Of a stretch of 64,000 nt of DNA, positions 63,103 through 64,000 are shown one piece after another. The notes below the pieces were generated by a model. It ran no database searches and had not been told where the DNA came from. It saw only the letters and a list, made by a program, of their open reading frames with translations. The DNA comes from an uncultured Acidobacteriota bacterium. GTDB lineage: Bacteria > Acidobacteriota > Vicinamibacteria > Vicinamibacterales > UBA2999. Position numbers and translations under genes: made by a program. Every line of letters begins with the position of its first letter. The stretch's first letter is position 1. The stretch is from the NCBI GenBank assembly GCA_963779175.1, contig CAVZXA010000003.1:257551-321550 (forward strand), written 5' to 3'.

Positions 63103-64000
63103 TCAGCGAAGCCCGCGCAGCAGCTCGGTCGCCGCCTGGCGTTCGCGCGTGGCGCTTCGCGGGGCGCGGCGCAGGACCTCGCGATAGGTCGCGGCGGCGT
63201 CTCCGGGGCGGCCGGACTGCTGGTAGGCGATGCCGAGGTTCAGCCGCGCTTCGTGGAAGTCCGGCTGCGTAGCGAGGACGCGCGTGAAGACGTCCACCGC
63301 CTCTCCCGCGCGGCCGCTCTGCACCAGCATCACCCCGCGGCCGTTGGCGGCGTCCGCGTGCAGCGGATCGAGGGCGAGGGCGCGGTCGAAGGCCTCGGCA
63401 GCCCCGGCCGCGTCGTCGATCGCCCGTCGCGCGTTGCCGAGGTTGGCCCAGTAGGTGGCGTTCGAGGCATCGATCTCGACTGCCCGCGTGAAGGCCGCAG
63501 CTGCGGCAGCGGCCTCACCCGCATCGGCGTGCAACAGGCCGCGGCCGCTGTGGGCGGCGGCGCTGCCGCTGTCGAGGGCCAGCGCGGCGTCTTCCGCGCG
63601 CACGGCTTCGGCGGAATCGCCGGCGGCGCGCGCCGCCACGGCGAGGTCGTGGAAGAGTGCGGCCTCGGTGGGGAAGCGGGTCACGGCGTCAGCCAGCACG
63701 CGCATCGCCTGGCGCGGCTGGCCGCGTTCCGAGAGGGCGCGCGCATACGAGGTCGCGAAGACGTAGCCGCCGGGATGCGCGGCGGCGAGTGCCGCCAGCG
63801 TCGCCAGTTCGGTCGCCGGGTCGGCCGCGGCCCGCTCGAATCGTGTCCAGTCGTCCGTCGTGGTGGCCGGGTTCGCCGCGCTGGCCGTCGGCGCCGCCGC
63901 CGACGGGCCCGAGGCGTAGCCGAGCGCCCGCAGCTTCGCCAGCGCGTCGGCGGATGGCGCCGCCGCCTGGCGCGTGGCCGTCATGAGTGGCGTCAGGCGG
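63103..64000 (-). CDS. TPR-repeat protein, 5'-partial (it continues beyond the window). It is probably the C-terminal half of a second sulfatase-TPR fusion
   Basis: ORF 63103-63984 has TPR-like helices (…ATYWANLGNARRAIDDAAGAAEAFDRALALDPLHADAANGRGVMLVQSGRAGEAVDVFTRVLATQPDFHEARLNLGIAYQQSGR…). Its N-terminal visible part LAKLRALGYASG resembles the linker RRRLQSLGYLGG of the sulfatase-TPR protein at 57814-59691. The frame stays open to the window end. Confidence 0.7.
   Translation of the reverse strand, partial: RLTPLMTATRQAAAPSADALAKLRALGYASGPSAAAPTASAANPATTTDDWTRFERAAADPATELATLAALAAAHPGGYVFATSYARALSERGQPRQAMRVLADAVTRFPTEAALFHDLAVAARAAGDSAEAVRAEDAALALDSGSAAAHSGRGLLHADAGEAAAAAAAFTRAVEIDASNATYWANLGNARRAIDDAAGAAEAFDRALALDPLHADAANGRGVMLVQSGRAGEAVDVFTRVLATQPDFHEARLNLGIAYQQSGRPGDAAATYREVLRRAPRSATRERQAATELLRGLR

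Overview
By eye this 64-kb window is very GC-rich (roughly 70% G+C, not computed) and looks like chromosomal DNA, most likely from an Acidobacteriota-type genome. That placement is an inference from two 'orphan' ADOP/MacB-like duplicated permeases, a TonB-dependent receptor with an N-terminal carboxypeptidase-regulatory domain, Tat/secreted enzymes and DUF1592/DUF1552 pairs. No rRNA, tRNA or CRISPR array was seen.

Gene content:
- 1-25 kb: an IS110-family transposase at the left edge followed by a 93-bp x3 tandem repeat, then ordinary metabolic and envelope genes. These are an ADOP permease, nitronate monooxygenase, DmpA-type aminopeptidase, beta-helix protein, M49 dipeptidyl-peptidase III, ubiX, tctCBA, a PhzF-like isomerase, pdxH, two large GT-C/ArnT-like membrane proteins, an esterase-PDZ protein and msrA.
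- 25.35-46.65 kb: the outstanding feature, a 21-kb array of 11 genes on one strand. It consists of four tandem paralogous modules: a DUF1592/PSD-family protein with two CxxCH heme motifs, a Tat-signal DUF1552 (HxxSHH) protein, and in three of the four modules a secreted ankyrin-repeat protein ending in the invariant NNHKCVSC. A second ADOP permease follows directly.
- 49-64 kb: malate synthase, an NHL-repeat protein, VOC and DinB proteins, a Tat-signal class-V aminotransferase, a secreted creatininase-family protein, a sulfatase-TPR fusion, a TonB-dependent receptor and a second TPR protein that runs off the window.

Small elements: two copies of a roughly 160-200 bp MITE-like element with 27-bp terminal inverted repeats, a family of short GCGGCTAG-type intergenic repeats, and one clear intrinsic terminator.

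Main caveat: about half of the genes are interrupted by what look like single-base indels. I label these 'pseudogene' as sequenced, but I cannot distinguish true decay from assembly or homopolymer errors. Many long ORFs in the six-frame track are alternative-frame artefacts of the high GC content.
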